Source: Dicyema japonicum
Lineage: Eukaryota > Animalia > Dicyemida
Assembly (NCBI GenBank): GCA_011109175.1
Contig: RDEW01000027.1
Span: 612,827-645,826, forward strand
Direction of reading: 5' to 3'
Length of the DNA stretch: 33,000 nt
The notes under the pieces are model-generated. The model ran no database searches, was not told where the DNA came from, and saw nothing but the letters and a program-made list of their open reading frames with translations. How positions within the stretch are numbered: the first letter of the stretch is position 1; each line of letters begins with the position of its first letter. Below, piece by piece: positions 11,378 through 22,660 of this stretch. A program made the position numbers and the translations under genes.

Positions 11378-14300
11378 TCAACATTTTTTGCTTTCAAGCA
11401 CAAGCAGTTCGGTTCGCACCATTTCAGCAGAACAAACAGGACACACCAGAAAGCCATCCTTTTCATTAACCTTCCAGCAACCAAGACACAGAACATGCGA
11501 ACAGACACCCTTAAAGGGTAAGCAAGACTCTCTCGTCCACAGCAGATACAATCCCACATAAGATCCCCCTACAAGTGACACACCAGACTACCTCATTCCG
11601 CCGAGCACCACCAAAGCAGGAATCTAACTAAATAAAACTCCAAAAACCAAAAATCAAGCGATGTTCTTTCATCACAAATGATCGTAAACCTTTAAGTAAT
11701 ATTAAATAAACTTAAAATATGGTCTCCTAACACTTCATTGTCCATAAAAGGAAGGATTTTGTCCTTTAGAGCAATAAAATCATTTGATTTGTAATAATCA
11801 GTGATGGCCAATGTGAGAATCTCATAGTCGCCGGGAGACATTACTTTTTTAGCCTCAACATTAAAGATTAAATATTCACCGACGATAGAAAGGTCTCACT
11901 ATCATTTTGAGGCTTTATGAAATATTTTGATGTTATGCACGTGGTATCCGTCGATCTTGGTTTGACTACGTAGCGAGGCCGTTTTTTATTCGAATCGACA
12001 TTTTCAAATTTAACCGCGAAATTTTGGAAATTAACAGTTTTGTTGTGGGGAAGTTCTTCGATTGTTTGTGTTTTCATTGGAGAATCTGATTTTGCTAAAA
12101 AACTGAGTACCATTTTGAGAATTTATATCAGATTTATCATCAAATTTCAAATTTATATCGCTCTTATATGAGAAAACAATAAAAACCTGAGAAATAGTCT
12201 GAGATGACTTCAGAAGGCGGAAAAAAAATCCCAGATGACGAAGAAGTCTCCCAAAATTATCGAATTCAGTGATGCCTGGCTTGAGCCACATTGGTAGCTT
12301 ATCTCTCACCTGGTTATTTGAGTATCTAACCGTCAAAATAACTAACAACCGTTTGTCAAGCAATATTATAGAGCCATAATCATGCTTGTGCCTGATAATT
12401 CTCCCAATTGACTGATTCACAGCTCTAATGGCTTCTCTGTTGTACCAGACTCGCCCTTTCCCCTTAGCAACCAGCAAAAAGTCACAATTACTACCTTCTC
12501 ATCGATAAACGCCATCTTTACTTCAACCCTGGCATCCTTGAAGGAGGCATAGGGCAGTCCAATGAGGATCACAGCCCGCCCATAGTCGTCAATAAAGTCC
12601 AATCCTTCGCTTGCCTGACAGTAAACATAGATAAAACCTTCCCACGACAAACGGCCATAAAAATGGCGCCTTTTGTTTGATTAGAAATAGATTCATAATA
12701 ATTATTCATAACCTAAACAAATAATATATATTTAATAATCTATCATTTACTGGCAAACCTCTGATAATTTGCTCTTTTCTCGCTTTTCTCCAAAGTTGTC
12801 CTTCCACGAACGATCCCTTGGCTCAGTGAAAACAGTTTTGGCGTTATTTAGCAGTTTGTAGACACTTGTCTTCTATTTACCACTATAAATAACACCCAAC
12901 CTGCCACTGGGCTAGACAGTAGTCCATGTTAGTGTAGGAAGGGAAGAACACGAGGACTCCCCCTGGAATGACCTTAATGAGATTGACTAGCATAAATATC
13001 ATGGATACCAATAGTTTTCCCCAGAGACTGAATGTAGGCCTCATTTTCTCGATTTCCATAAGTAGAGGTCAATTCGACTCCATCACATCCCTTCCCCATG
13101 ATGGAGACGCTAAAGTTTTCCTGTGAGACCACGTGACCACACTGAATTTGTACTTTAAATTTCCTCAAATGGTTAGATAGTAAGTACTCCATTATGGACT
13201 TGTTGAACAGGTCGTTAGGGTCGAGTGTCCCGCTTGTGAGAATAACTGAGCGTACTTTCTGACTGAACAGCTCTTTCAGACTACAGTCGGCAGTGAAGCA
13301 CCAATAAGACAAGGTTTTGCCTGTTGAACTGCAATAAGCCAGTCAGAAGACTTTGTGTGGTCTGCAAAGTCTCTATCATGGTGAATGAGCACTCGATAAG
13401 ACTGATTGGCTGAGAGATCAGCTAAATCATTAAAGACGATCTGCAAAATAAGCAAATTGAAACTTTGAGGGCGTCAGAAATATGTGAGAGGGCGAATCCC
13501 TTGCTTTTCACGTTCATTGATGCTATGGAATGAGAGATATAGTAAACATGTTGAGGACATTGGATTTACCAGCTTTTCGTCAATTAAGGCTATTATAGCA
13601 TGAGCACTTGACCTCGTGAACTGAGCCCTAGCAAAGATGTCCATTACATAGCTTATATGAGTAAAGCGTACAACCTGCCTTGTCGAACCAATCGGGGTTT
13701 CTCCTTGGTCAGTTCATGAGACTGAATGACTTGTTCGAGTTTTAGCAATTTCACTAAAAGTCACTCAGATCAAATAAAGTACGAGTCATAATTGAATAAC
13801 GCAGTAAATGATAAGCAATTATTTTCAATCAATTTAATTGCATTTCATGAATAATGCAATATTTTGCAATCAAATATAATACTAGTAAAATATTACTTTT
13901 TAGCTGCATCACTTCATTGGCAGTAATGGCTAAGAATTAATATATCCCATACCCAATTTGTTATCAACAGACTCCTCAGAGGTTGCATTCTCTATGTGTA
14001 TTCGCTCTAGCCATTCCATAAACGTAGTCAACTCAATAATAGCCCCAGCAAGAATTGAAGAAGGAAGGTCGAACGACAGGCTTTCCTCACAAACACTTTC
14101 CTTTAATAAAACAACCAAATCAACCAAATTATGAGCTTCGTCAAAAATTAGGACATTTCCTTTGATTTCAACGCCATGCTTCGCTCTCAACTAGACATTA
14201 GTAGGTCATATAACACGTGGGTCGATTAGGTAGTTATAAGGCATGAATATTATGTCGGCACTTTCCTTCATTTCCTTAGCTAAGTAATATGGACAACATC

Positions 14301-15002
14301 TGCGGATAACTAAATTTAAATACGTCAGTTCAGTTCCCTTCTGTATGAGATCCTCAATGTCCATGCAGCCAGATCCTCGTATTTGACTTTTGCAAACTAA
14401 GTAAATATTGAAAAAATAATTAAAAATCATCTCAAAAATAATAAAATTAATTGAAATTTAAAAAAATAAATAAAATATTTTACCTTCAACTCTATTGTAG
14501 TACGTGCACGTGCGGGACCGCACTTTGAGTCGGCACATGTTGACCTTGGCGTTGTTGGTACTTTCCTTCTTGACGACTGGATGGATGCACATTTGGTCTC
14601 TCGAGGCAATGACGCAAGTCTTCATTCTACCATATTCCCATCAAATATACAAGTCAGCAAATATAGTCCTCTTGAATTCACCGACGACGTGACTAAGCTG
14701 AGAATGTGTACGAGAGGAGTATATTATTTTTGGAAAATTATCGTCGTCCGGGGTACCAAGTAATCTGGTGGTATTTTTAACGTGGTAGAGCCACGATAGT
14801 GTGGCGCAAAGAAGCGATAGAGTTTTTCCGGTTCCTGTCGGGCTTTCTAAAAGTCCGTTTGTACTCTGCCGTAAGAAATAAGACATACATTTTTCAGGCA
14901 CTCAATAACAGATGACATGTATGTTATCTGTGGGGGATATGGAGTGTAAGGGAAGTGCACTTCAATCTCATTAATCGTTGTTATATTCTGTTTTAATTCC
15001 AT
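11378..15002 (-). CDS. RTEL1: Regulator of telomere elongation helicase 1 (XPD/Rad3-family Fe-S helicase) with harmonin-N-like domain and C-terminal RING, about 20 introns
   Basis: Motifs [136 protein letters not shown] and [14 protein letters not shown]. Confidence 0.93.
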
Positions 15003-15074
15003 CTACGATTCAAAATAAGTGCCCACATCAATTCAAAAATTTGCTTGTTAACTTTAAAAAAATATTATTTAATC

Positions 15075-15179
15075 TTTAATTTAGAATATTTATTTTAGTT
15101 TTTTAATTTCTATATTTATTTTTCTTTAATTTAAAATATTTATTTTAGTTTTTTAATTTCTATATTTTAGTTTTTTAAT
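15075..15179. repeat. AT-rich tandem duplication, 50-bp period, about 2 copies
   Basis: tttaattta(g/a)aatatttattttagttttttaatttctatattt occurs at 15075 and 15125. Confidence 0.8.
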
Positions 15180-15199
15180 GACCAAGTGATAAGGCCGCG

Positions 15200-15670
15200 T
15201 GGAGCCATGTGGTGCTGCGTGGTCAATTAGTTTAAATTTTCTGTTTGCTTGTCTGTTCCTCCTCTCTTCCTAATAGAGTGACGTCATGTGATCCATCTGT
15301 CTAGGTGACGCCCAGTGCCAGGCCGGCATGAAAAAGGATCATTTGCTCTTCCCCACTCCACTGGAGGGGTTTCCACAACTGCATGTAATGGACGTCTTAC
15401 CTTTTATGCTGATTCCGGATGGACTTTGTAGAAGTGGAAACTGGATACACTTAATTAGTTGTTTACTTTAACTTCTTTCTCGGTGTATCCGGGGTTAATA
15501 AATAAATAATTTCTATAAAAATGTACACCAAAGAGGATCATTTGCTTTTTCTACTTAACTGGATCATTTTTGGGGAGTTTGCATAACTGTAATTCTAGAT
15601 GGACTTGTGGTTGAAGGTCTTTTCGCAAGTACGACCATGGGAACATGATAGACTTAATTATTTATTTAGT
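15200..15670 (-). pseudogene. Two tandem diverged copies (about 15200-15505 and partial 15530-15670) of the unidentified family also at 2514-2830
   Basis: aggatcatttgct, actgga, gatggactt and acttaatta recur about 200 bp apart. The first copy splices via 26- and 22-nt GT-AG introns to INPGYTEKEVK/FPLLQSPSGISIK/VVETPPVEWGRAND. Confidence 0.6.
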
Positions 15671-17209
15671 AGACGTTGACTAAATTATATGAATTTATTC
15701 TGTTTTATTCATTTTCCTATATTTTGGTTCTTAAACTGTTATTACCAGACATTAACTGGCAGATCTGTTCTTCATGGGATATTTGTCTAGACACCTGGAT
15801 TGATTTCCCTGTCACATTAGAATTTGTTGAAATGATCGGGCATCTTTACTTATTAGCGACACATAACTCAGGGATAACTCTCCCATGCTCAGCGCCTGTA
15901 AGGTATATTTATTTTACAGCTCACTGAATTGGAGAAAAGATAAAAGTGATCTCGGTCCATCAAAGAGAAACATGAATCAGACGGGAATGGGAATCTTGTA
16001 CTACCCTTTTTATTGGACTTGGCACCTCCACATTTTTTAAGTAGGTTTCAAAATATTTAAGCAGGATTTTGTTTAAGAGACTCCGTGGTATGGTGGCCAA
16101 CTTTAATAAGTTCCGCTGTTGTTCAACAAAAAGTGAACTCAAACCCTCCAACGCTTTTTTTGCCAGCTATTAACGTCTGACAGTTTGTGTAGGGAGATAG
16201 CCAGGACAAACTCTCAAGGGTTCTCTTGAGCACAGTTACTTCTGTGAATTCGTGTATATTTCTATCATCTTCCAACCGTCACAACTACTGGAATTTAGAA
16301 GATACAATCCAATGTCATATAAGGAATAACATGCACTTGTGGGGATGCAGTTGACCTTTAATATATTCCATTACCACGAAGCGTTTATGGAGACGAGAGC
16401 GTTATATTGTGGAGAAATATTCACCATTACACCCGTTCACTGTTGGGATAATTTATACAAAGTTATCTTCTTCATAGTAGCTGTATCCCAGTTATCCACG
16501 TGTAGAGAAGGACAGTTTTTGGTCGAACGTGACTCAGAGTATTTTCGATGTGGTGATGACTGGATAGTCACATTTTTAGGAGAAGGTTTGGCTCGATGCA
16601 AGATTGTTTCATACACGATGTAAAATAATCGTAATGGATTTTGTGAGAGATTTAAAAAATAAAATATTCTGGTTTCTTTATTTTTTGTGTAAATTCTAAT
16701 ATTATAATTTATTTTTTTCTATCACTTTTTTGAAATTTTATTGTTAATTTTATTTGAATTTAAACGCCGTGAATACCTTCAACGTGGTTCGTCTTATTTA
16801 AACTTAGATCTGTTAAATCTATTTAATAAATAATTAAATCTATTTATATCACAGGTGACATTTCCCCATCCAGCAAAGATTTGAAAGTGCCATAAATATC
16901 ACTAAATTTGATCTCACCAGAGATTTTGACACTATGTCTTTATAAAACTACAGAAACACAGAGAATGACGGTATTAGTAATCGAACTAATTATGTGATCT
17001 CGGTTCACCATATCACTCAACCCATTTTCACTCTGCGCTCATCGAGGTCCCCCACAGCTTACCGGAACTGTTTACGTTTGTGCTACACAGAAAATCGATG
17101 GGGAACGGATGGTTGGTAAATAATATTTTTTGTTAAATCATTCAAAAGTTAGAGATTTTTGTAAATAATTTATTCTCAAAAAGCGAAATTAGACGAAATT
17201 CAGTGGAAA

Positions 17210-17959
17210 TCCTCCTAGCCGCCAAATTTACCAGGTTTTTTAACCGCCAACTTAAAAAAAAGTTAATTAATATTTATTTAAAAAATAATTTACACAAATG
17301 TAACCGATTGATTGCAGCCGACCAAGGTACAATTAAATTGCTTGAACCACAGTTTAAAATGGATGATTTAACTGAACAAATTGAATCAGCGAACCCACAT
17401 TTGAAGCATACAAAAATCTGACCATTAAAGACGCCATGATATATTTGTCCTTTGTTAGGAAAGAAATCTGCCCAAGCACTATTACGTTAAATCGTTCAAT
17501 AAAGAAATGGAGCCACTTATAACGAACAAAATGAGAATTATAATGATTTTGTTTTAAAGACAAATTATTAGATTCTATGGTTCTACAGGATTTTTTGAAT
17601 ATCGAAATGGGAAGATATTCTTAAAAATTGAAATAGAAACGCTGAATTGAAAAAAGCAATGAATTTAATATGTGCCTTTAAATACTTGATAATTCTTATA
17701 GGCGAGGTTGAAGAGACAGACGGTGTTAATGTGGTAACTAAGAAAGAATGTTATTCGGCTCCTCACGTATTGAAAAAAATATTTAAACAGCCTGAATTGT
17801 TTGATTTAAATGGAAAGGAGGGGTTAAATCAAATTTCAAAAACATTGGAGAAAGGAAATGGGGTTAACAACACAATTGGTTTATCAAAAAATAAATTTCT
17901 CTTTATTACTCCTTTTAACGCCATTTTTTTCGAATTTCCAAAATTGGCAGTTAGGAGGA
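17210..17959. mobile_element. Putative old non-autonomous TIR DNA transposon, superfamily unassigned
   Basis: tcctcctagccgccaaatt (17210-17228) matches the reverse complement of 17941-17959 (tcctcctaactgccaattt) at 16/19. AT-rich interior with broken ORFs. No TSD discerned. Confidence 0.45.
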
Positions 17960-18238
17960 GTCTTACTGTAGTTCAGCAAAAATCCCAATTGGTGGATTCG
18001 AGAGGATTTACTATAATTAGGTCTTCCTTAACTATACTTGTTTTTTAAGATTTTTACGACCCAAGGATATCTTAGACACGCTTTGATCCTGCATGATTTC
18101 TGACAAAGACCTGACCTAGCACTTCCCATCAATCACAATTTCCTAGATATCACCAAAATCTGGGTTAATAAAGAAAACCAGAATTTTAATTAAACGAATC
18201 ACTCGTCCAGAAAAATATTAATATAATAATTAAAGGCA

Positions 18239-20774
18239 TTACAGTAGTGGTACAACAACAAATGGCAATGAGGACAAAATCAACGTCACAATTCCTCCAA
18301 ATAGAAACATCCCCTACAGATAAGACATACAAAACCTGGTACAAAACAGGAGAAGCAACGAAAATAGACAATTTAGGCTCATCGTAACTACTAATGGTCC
18401 ACGACGAATAACCATCTATCAAATCATCACTAAACTGAGCCGCATCTACCAATAAGACCCACAAAAACCCAAATTCTCAAACGCCGGGGAAAGTGCGGTG
18501 GACACAAACAGGGGACTTTTATAGCAGTGACCTCCCTGGGAGCCATTAACCCACGAGTAAGTATGAAACTATGCCAATAAACAGTCAAATCAACGTCACG
18601 TGAATCCGATGAATTACTCTTGCATTTTTCCTTAGTAAGACTGACTTCCAGTCCTCCATAGAATGAAAGCAGTCGTTTAGTAATGAAGCTATACGTGCTC
18701 ATATCATCCGAGTATGGGCCAATGACAAAGGGGAGTATAGTATTTCCTAAAATAATATTCGTGTAAACCCTTTAAAGACTGGAGAACAGAACTCAAATCG
18801 ACGTCATCAGTCATTACAGAGCGAATCAACGAACAGTTCACATCCTTCATAAGGCAATCGAATAATTGAGTGACCTACCAAGTCATAATACAATTTGATA
18901 ATTTAGTTTTATGCAATAACAACATGAATCTGATAATAAATACTAGTTTATTAAACAAGTATGCAAATGCACTCTATCAGCCATCCCTCTTAAAAAGCCC
19001 TTTTTCAGGCCTATCGCAATAGAGAGCATATTAGAGCGGGTTAATCAAGTCTTAGGAAAATAATCACAGAAAATATGATCATTAAAAATCAACATAAATA
19101 AACTTAAAAAATAATAAAAAACATAAAAAATAAAATATCAAACCGTATTTTTATTGACTCCCAAATCAGGAGGGGGATTACTCTTAGTCAGTCTTTTATA
19201 CAGAAAATTCAGAGTTAAATTAGCCGCCCTAACAATTTGATCAATACAGTCATTCTCTGTGCAGTTTAGCGTATGGTATTGGTCAAATATGCTATTATAC
19301 ATGCTTGTACCAATAACACTATATATACTTGGATTTGAAACGCTGGTCAAACCCAGTGAGAATAGCCGACGGCAGAGATGCATTTTTCTTCATAAAGCTC
19401 TGAATTGGAGATGACGGGAGATCCCCTGACGAAGGCTTCACCAAAATATTCAAAGTAGTAGCAGTCGAGTTCAAATCGTCAAAAATTTGCTAAAAGTTAA
19501 TTTCGAGAATCTTACTTTATTTACATTCGAGGGCGCAAAGTTGTTTTGGTGGACATAAAGCGCTCCATCAGATGAAATTATTTGGGAGATCTCATACATC
19601 TCATCTATGCTTTGAATAGGCAAGTGGAAGTCCTTTAGGATTGTTTCATTCCATTTCCCCTTCTCCAAGTCTAGTACGGCTCTACTAGAGCCAATATAGT
19701 CGAAGGATTCCTAGAATACAAAAAATGCAAACTCCGGCGAAGAATGAGAAAAACAAAGCATGATTAGGCGCCAAATTTCGGAGACTAGTGAACTTTTCTA
19801 TCACGGCAATTGTCGCTATCAGTCCTGTGAGAACCGAATCTGCGCCGGCGAGGAGCGCGGAAATTCTGACATTCCATCCAGCTAATTATGAATGAGTGAA
19901 GGATACCTTTGAAACGACCCAGACCACGTGGTCTATTTTCTGAGGATCAGCTGGTAGGAAGAACGGCAGATGCAGATTATGTCCTCCCAATGGTAGGCAA
20001 AAGGTGTCTAATGAATACTCAAACCTACCATATTCAAAGTAATTGGGGGTGTTGGACCGGTAACGGCAGCGGAGGGAATTTCCCGAGGCCATCATAAAAC
20101 TCTCCATTCGAGCTGAACATTGCTCTCCGTGGATGGTGATGCACTTAATATTATTATTAATCCAAACAGCTTTGATGACGGAAAGGTCGGTCTTTGAGTT
20201 CACAACAGCTATTGGAAAGTCTGAAAAATCGTAGTAATATTGTCCGGTTGAGTAATTCGAATTCCAGGGATGACATTTCTCACCATAAAAGTCTGAAGTT
20301 AGAGTGGAACTTGTTTACCATGACGACTGCTTGGACAGCTTAGATCAGGCGAGAAACGCTGATTTGCAGGAATGTCTGCAGTATTTGTGTTGATTATTAT
20401 AGCTCCGTGACAATTTCCAGAATTTTTGAGAAACTTAAGAGTATTTCTGGATATTTATGATAAATACCCATCAGAATATAATGGATGCAACAAAGCAATT
20501 GAATTCACAATTTTTCCCGCCAATATTTTATTTAAATTATCTTGGTTAGCCACCTCGTAAATACGGCCAGTAGTTCCAGATGAATAGGCTTTAGTTGCAA
20601 TATAAGAGTACAAGTGCAGCCAAATTTGTGAGTAGCATTCATAAATTGGACACAGAAAGAAGCAGAATTGATGTCCTTGTAAACTTCATTGTATAATCCT
20701 GACTGGTCTAATGAATGAAAATGCTTAGAATAACCTGAGAAAATTAGACCAAGAACAACAAAAATAACTAACAT
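18239..20774 (-). CDS. NCSTN: Nicastrin (gamma-secretase subunit), multi-exon
   Basis: Signal peptide MLVIFVVLGLIFSG; motifs CVQFMNATHKFGCT, FSPDLSCPS, YYDFSDFPI, CSARMESFMMASGNSLRCRYRS, CLPLGGHN, FFAG/ESFDYIGSSR (DYIGS motif), YSSWTISSY; C-terminal TM segment GMFLFGGIVTLILSSLPFVVVPLL*. Exact 3' end slightly uncertain. Confidence 0.9.
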
Positions 20775-20857
20775 TTGAATTAAAAAAATTAGTAATTTAA
20801 ATTTAATGAAATTAATTCAATAAATATAAATTATTACTTAAATAAATGCAAATAAAA

Positions 20858-21043
20858 TTTAATTTTCGGAAATTCCGAATAACCAAGAAAATTGAAATAA
20901 TTTGTAAATATTGATGAACAGGCCTACATTCAGTAAATTCTACAACCGTCTCATATACCCCCGCATTAATTTTAATTTTCGGAAATTCCGAATAACCAAG
21001 AAAATTGATCATTGTCAGTTAATAACCAAGAAAAATTGATCAT
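20858..21043. repeat. 38-bp perfect direct repeat x2 (113-bp period) plus a partial third copy, each full copy with an internal palindrome
   Basis: tttaattttcggaaattccgaataaccaagaaaattga at 20858-20895 and 20971-21008; aataaccaagaaaaattgatcat at 21021-21043; palindrome TTCGGAA-A-TTCCGAA. Confidence 0.9.
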
Positions 21044-22438
21044 AATGTTCTGAATCTAAGTTTTCTAGCAGACTTTATACAATAAATACCTGAAACATCT
21101 TAAATATGATCCACGTCAATATTTTCTGATGTTCGTGGAAAAAATCATCCGAACTCTCATTTTCTATGGAATTAAAAAAATAAACTTTTATACTCTGATG
21201 ACTGTGTTTATTCCTGAAACTCCTCTTAGTTTTATAAATGGAGTTTCACTTGTGGAGGAATAGATCGTGGTGTTATATGTAAAGGTGCTTCGTTTGATAA
21301 ATTTTTTCCAGTTTTCAGTTGATCCATTAACTTTGCAGGATTTCTTTTTTATCCATGCAAACGACTAATCTGTGTTTTTCAATTTTTTGTGTTGAGGTAT
21401 GGACAATGACCTGATCGAGAAAGTACGATTGGCATGGTGGAGAGGATGATTGTACAATCCAGTACAGATATGAATGTAAATTCAAGTGATGGAGACAACT
21501 AAGAGCGCCTAGTGGACGAGAACTTCTCGCGGTAGGGAGGCAATACTCCAGAAGTTTGTTTATACGAAGACTTCTGATGGTTTTAGTAGATATACAGTCA
21601 TGAATTGTATTCAGTCGTGACTGAGAAGGCACAGTCTCTGGGATGGTATGTACAATCCGAATTTGATCACCAAGAGTAAGAATAATTCTCCTACAATTAC
21701 TATATTAATTATTTTATAAATTATTATATAAAATAAAATTTATATTTGGCGAACCTTGTTAAATTAAGTTTAATTTTAAATAATTTAGTTAATGCAGCAT
21801 TTAATCATTTTGTCAATGTTTCCCCATTCAATTATCACTGGAAGTTGTAGTGATATACGAGTGATCGCATATAAATTATTGTAGTATTTAAATTTTTCAT
21901 CACAGATATTGGATTGACTGTCATCATGATACTAATTATGAGAGTACAACAAATTACGGATAAATCGGCTCTTTTTGGGAAACATGACTATCCCTTCTGG
22001 AGAGACTTTTTCAATTAGGAAGATGGATGTACGAGCTTTGTATTACTGTATTATTCACTTACAGTAGATGCACAGATGATTATAGCCTCGAAACGATTGT
22101 TTCCACTGCTTTTCCAATCAGTTCACTTTTATGGGTATTTTCAATGTTAAATTAGTGTTCGTGTATGGTGTAGTGATGCAACGAACGACCCACAAGCGTA
22201 TGTAGTATATTTAGATATAAACCTGATTGGGAATATATTGAGATGGACAGATTTGGTAAATTGTAGTTGTTTCACATTAATGTAATTAGGACAGGAACAT
22301 CATTAGATCCTACTGGTAATTATCAGTGTCATTTCAGAGTGCAGTTCAATAAGATACTCAAACAATGTGCTTGGAATGTGCTGATAGTTAATTAATGATT
22401 AGGAAATAAATGGATTTAGTTTTAAGATATTATTTTGT

Positions 22439-22587
22439 CATTATTAAGCACTCTCGCCATATGGCGAAGCATGCGGAACTCAAGAAACTAGTAACTAAGC
22501 CATCCTCCTCCACTAGCTCCTGTCATAGGCAAACTCACGTAGTCCATCTAGATCTTCTCCCTCTCTTAAACGTCTCCTAATCCCTGT
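22439..22587 (-). mobile_element. Severely 5'-truncated RTE-like LINE (3' end only)
   Basis: Minus strand GIRRRLREGEDLDGLREFAYDRS*WRRM is homologous to GIRRNHKSTKDLEDLRTDAQSRVRWRRL of the large RTE. Ends in gagtgcttaataat. Candidate 9-bp TSD ttattttgt (22430-22438; 22588-22596). Confidence 0.7.
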
Positions 22588-22660
22588 TTATTTTGTTAAC
22601 TTTACATTATTATTCAAATTATTTCTATTTAATTTATTTTTAATAATCCATTTCCTCATT

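Noticed and set aside
12095-12110. Candidate 16-nt intron (gtactcagttttttag) in RTEL1
   Set aside because: The same donor with the next in-phase acceptor gives a typical 25-nt CAG intron (12086-12110) that restores the frame equally well.
12463-12494. Possible non-canonical GT-TG 23-nt intron in RTEL1
   Set aside because: A canonical 32-nt (or 29-nt) GT-AG intron keeps the frame.
15193-15225. tRNA/SINE-like start ggccgcgtgg
   Set aside because: No cloverleaf or B-box, and it overlaps the end of the dispersed paralog copy.
15850-16620. Possible degraded non-LTR RT C-terminal region on the minus strand
   Set aside because: Only vague resemblance (LAKKALEGL); no diagnostic motif.
17970-18170. 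Minus-strand frame that is open if TAA/TAG are read as Gln (alternative genetic code)
   Set aside because: IDH3A, NIM1K and GPALPP1 end in TAG at the expected positions, and no TAR codons interrupt conserved exons.
20858-21043. CRISPR-like repeat-spacer-repeat
   Set aside because: Only two full repeats with a 75-nt spacer, in a eukaryotic context with no cas genes.
21793-22400. Possible plus-strand spliced gene with several GT-AG micro-segments
   Set aside because: No splicing combination I tried gave a stop-free frame or recognisable protein; at most a pseudogene.
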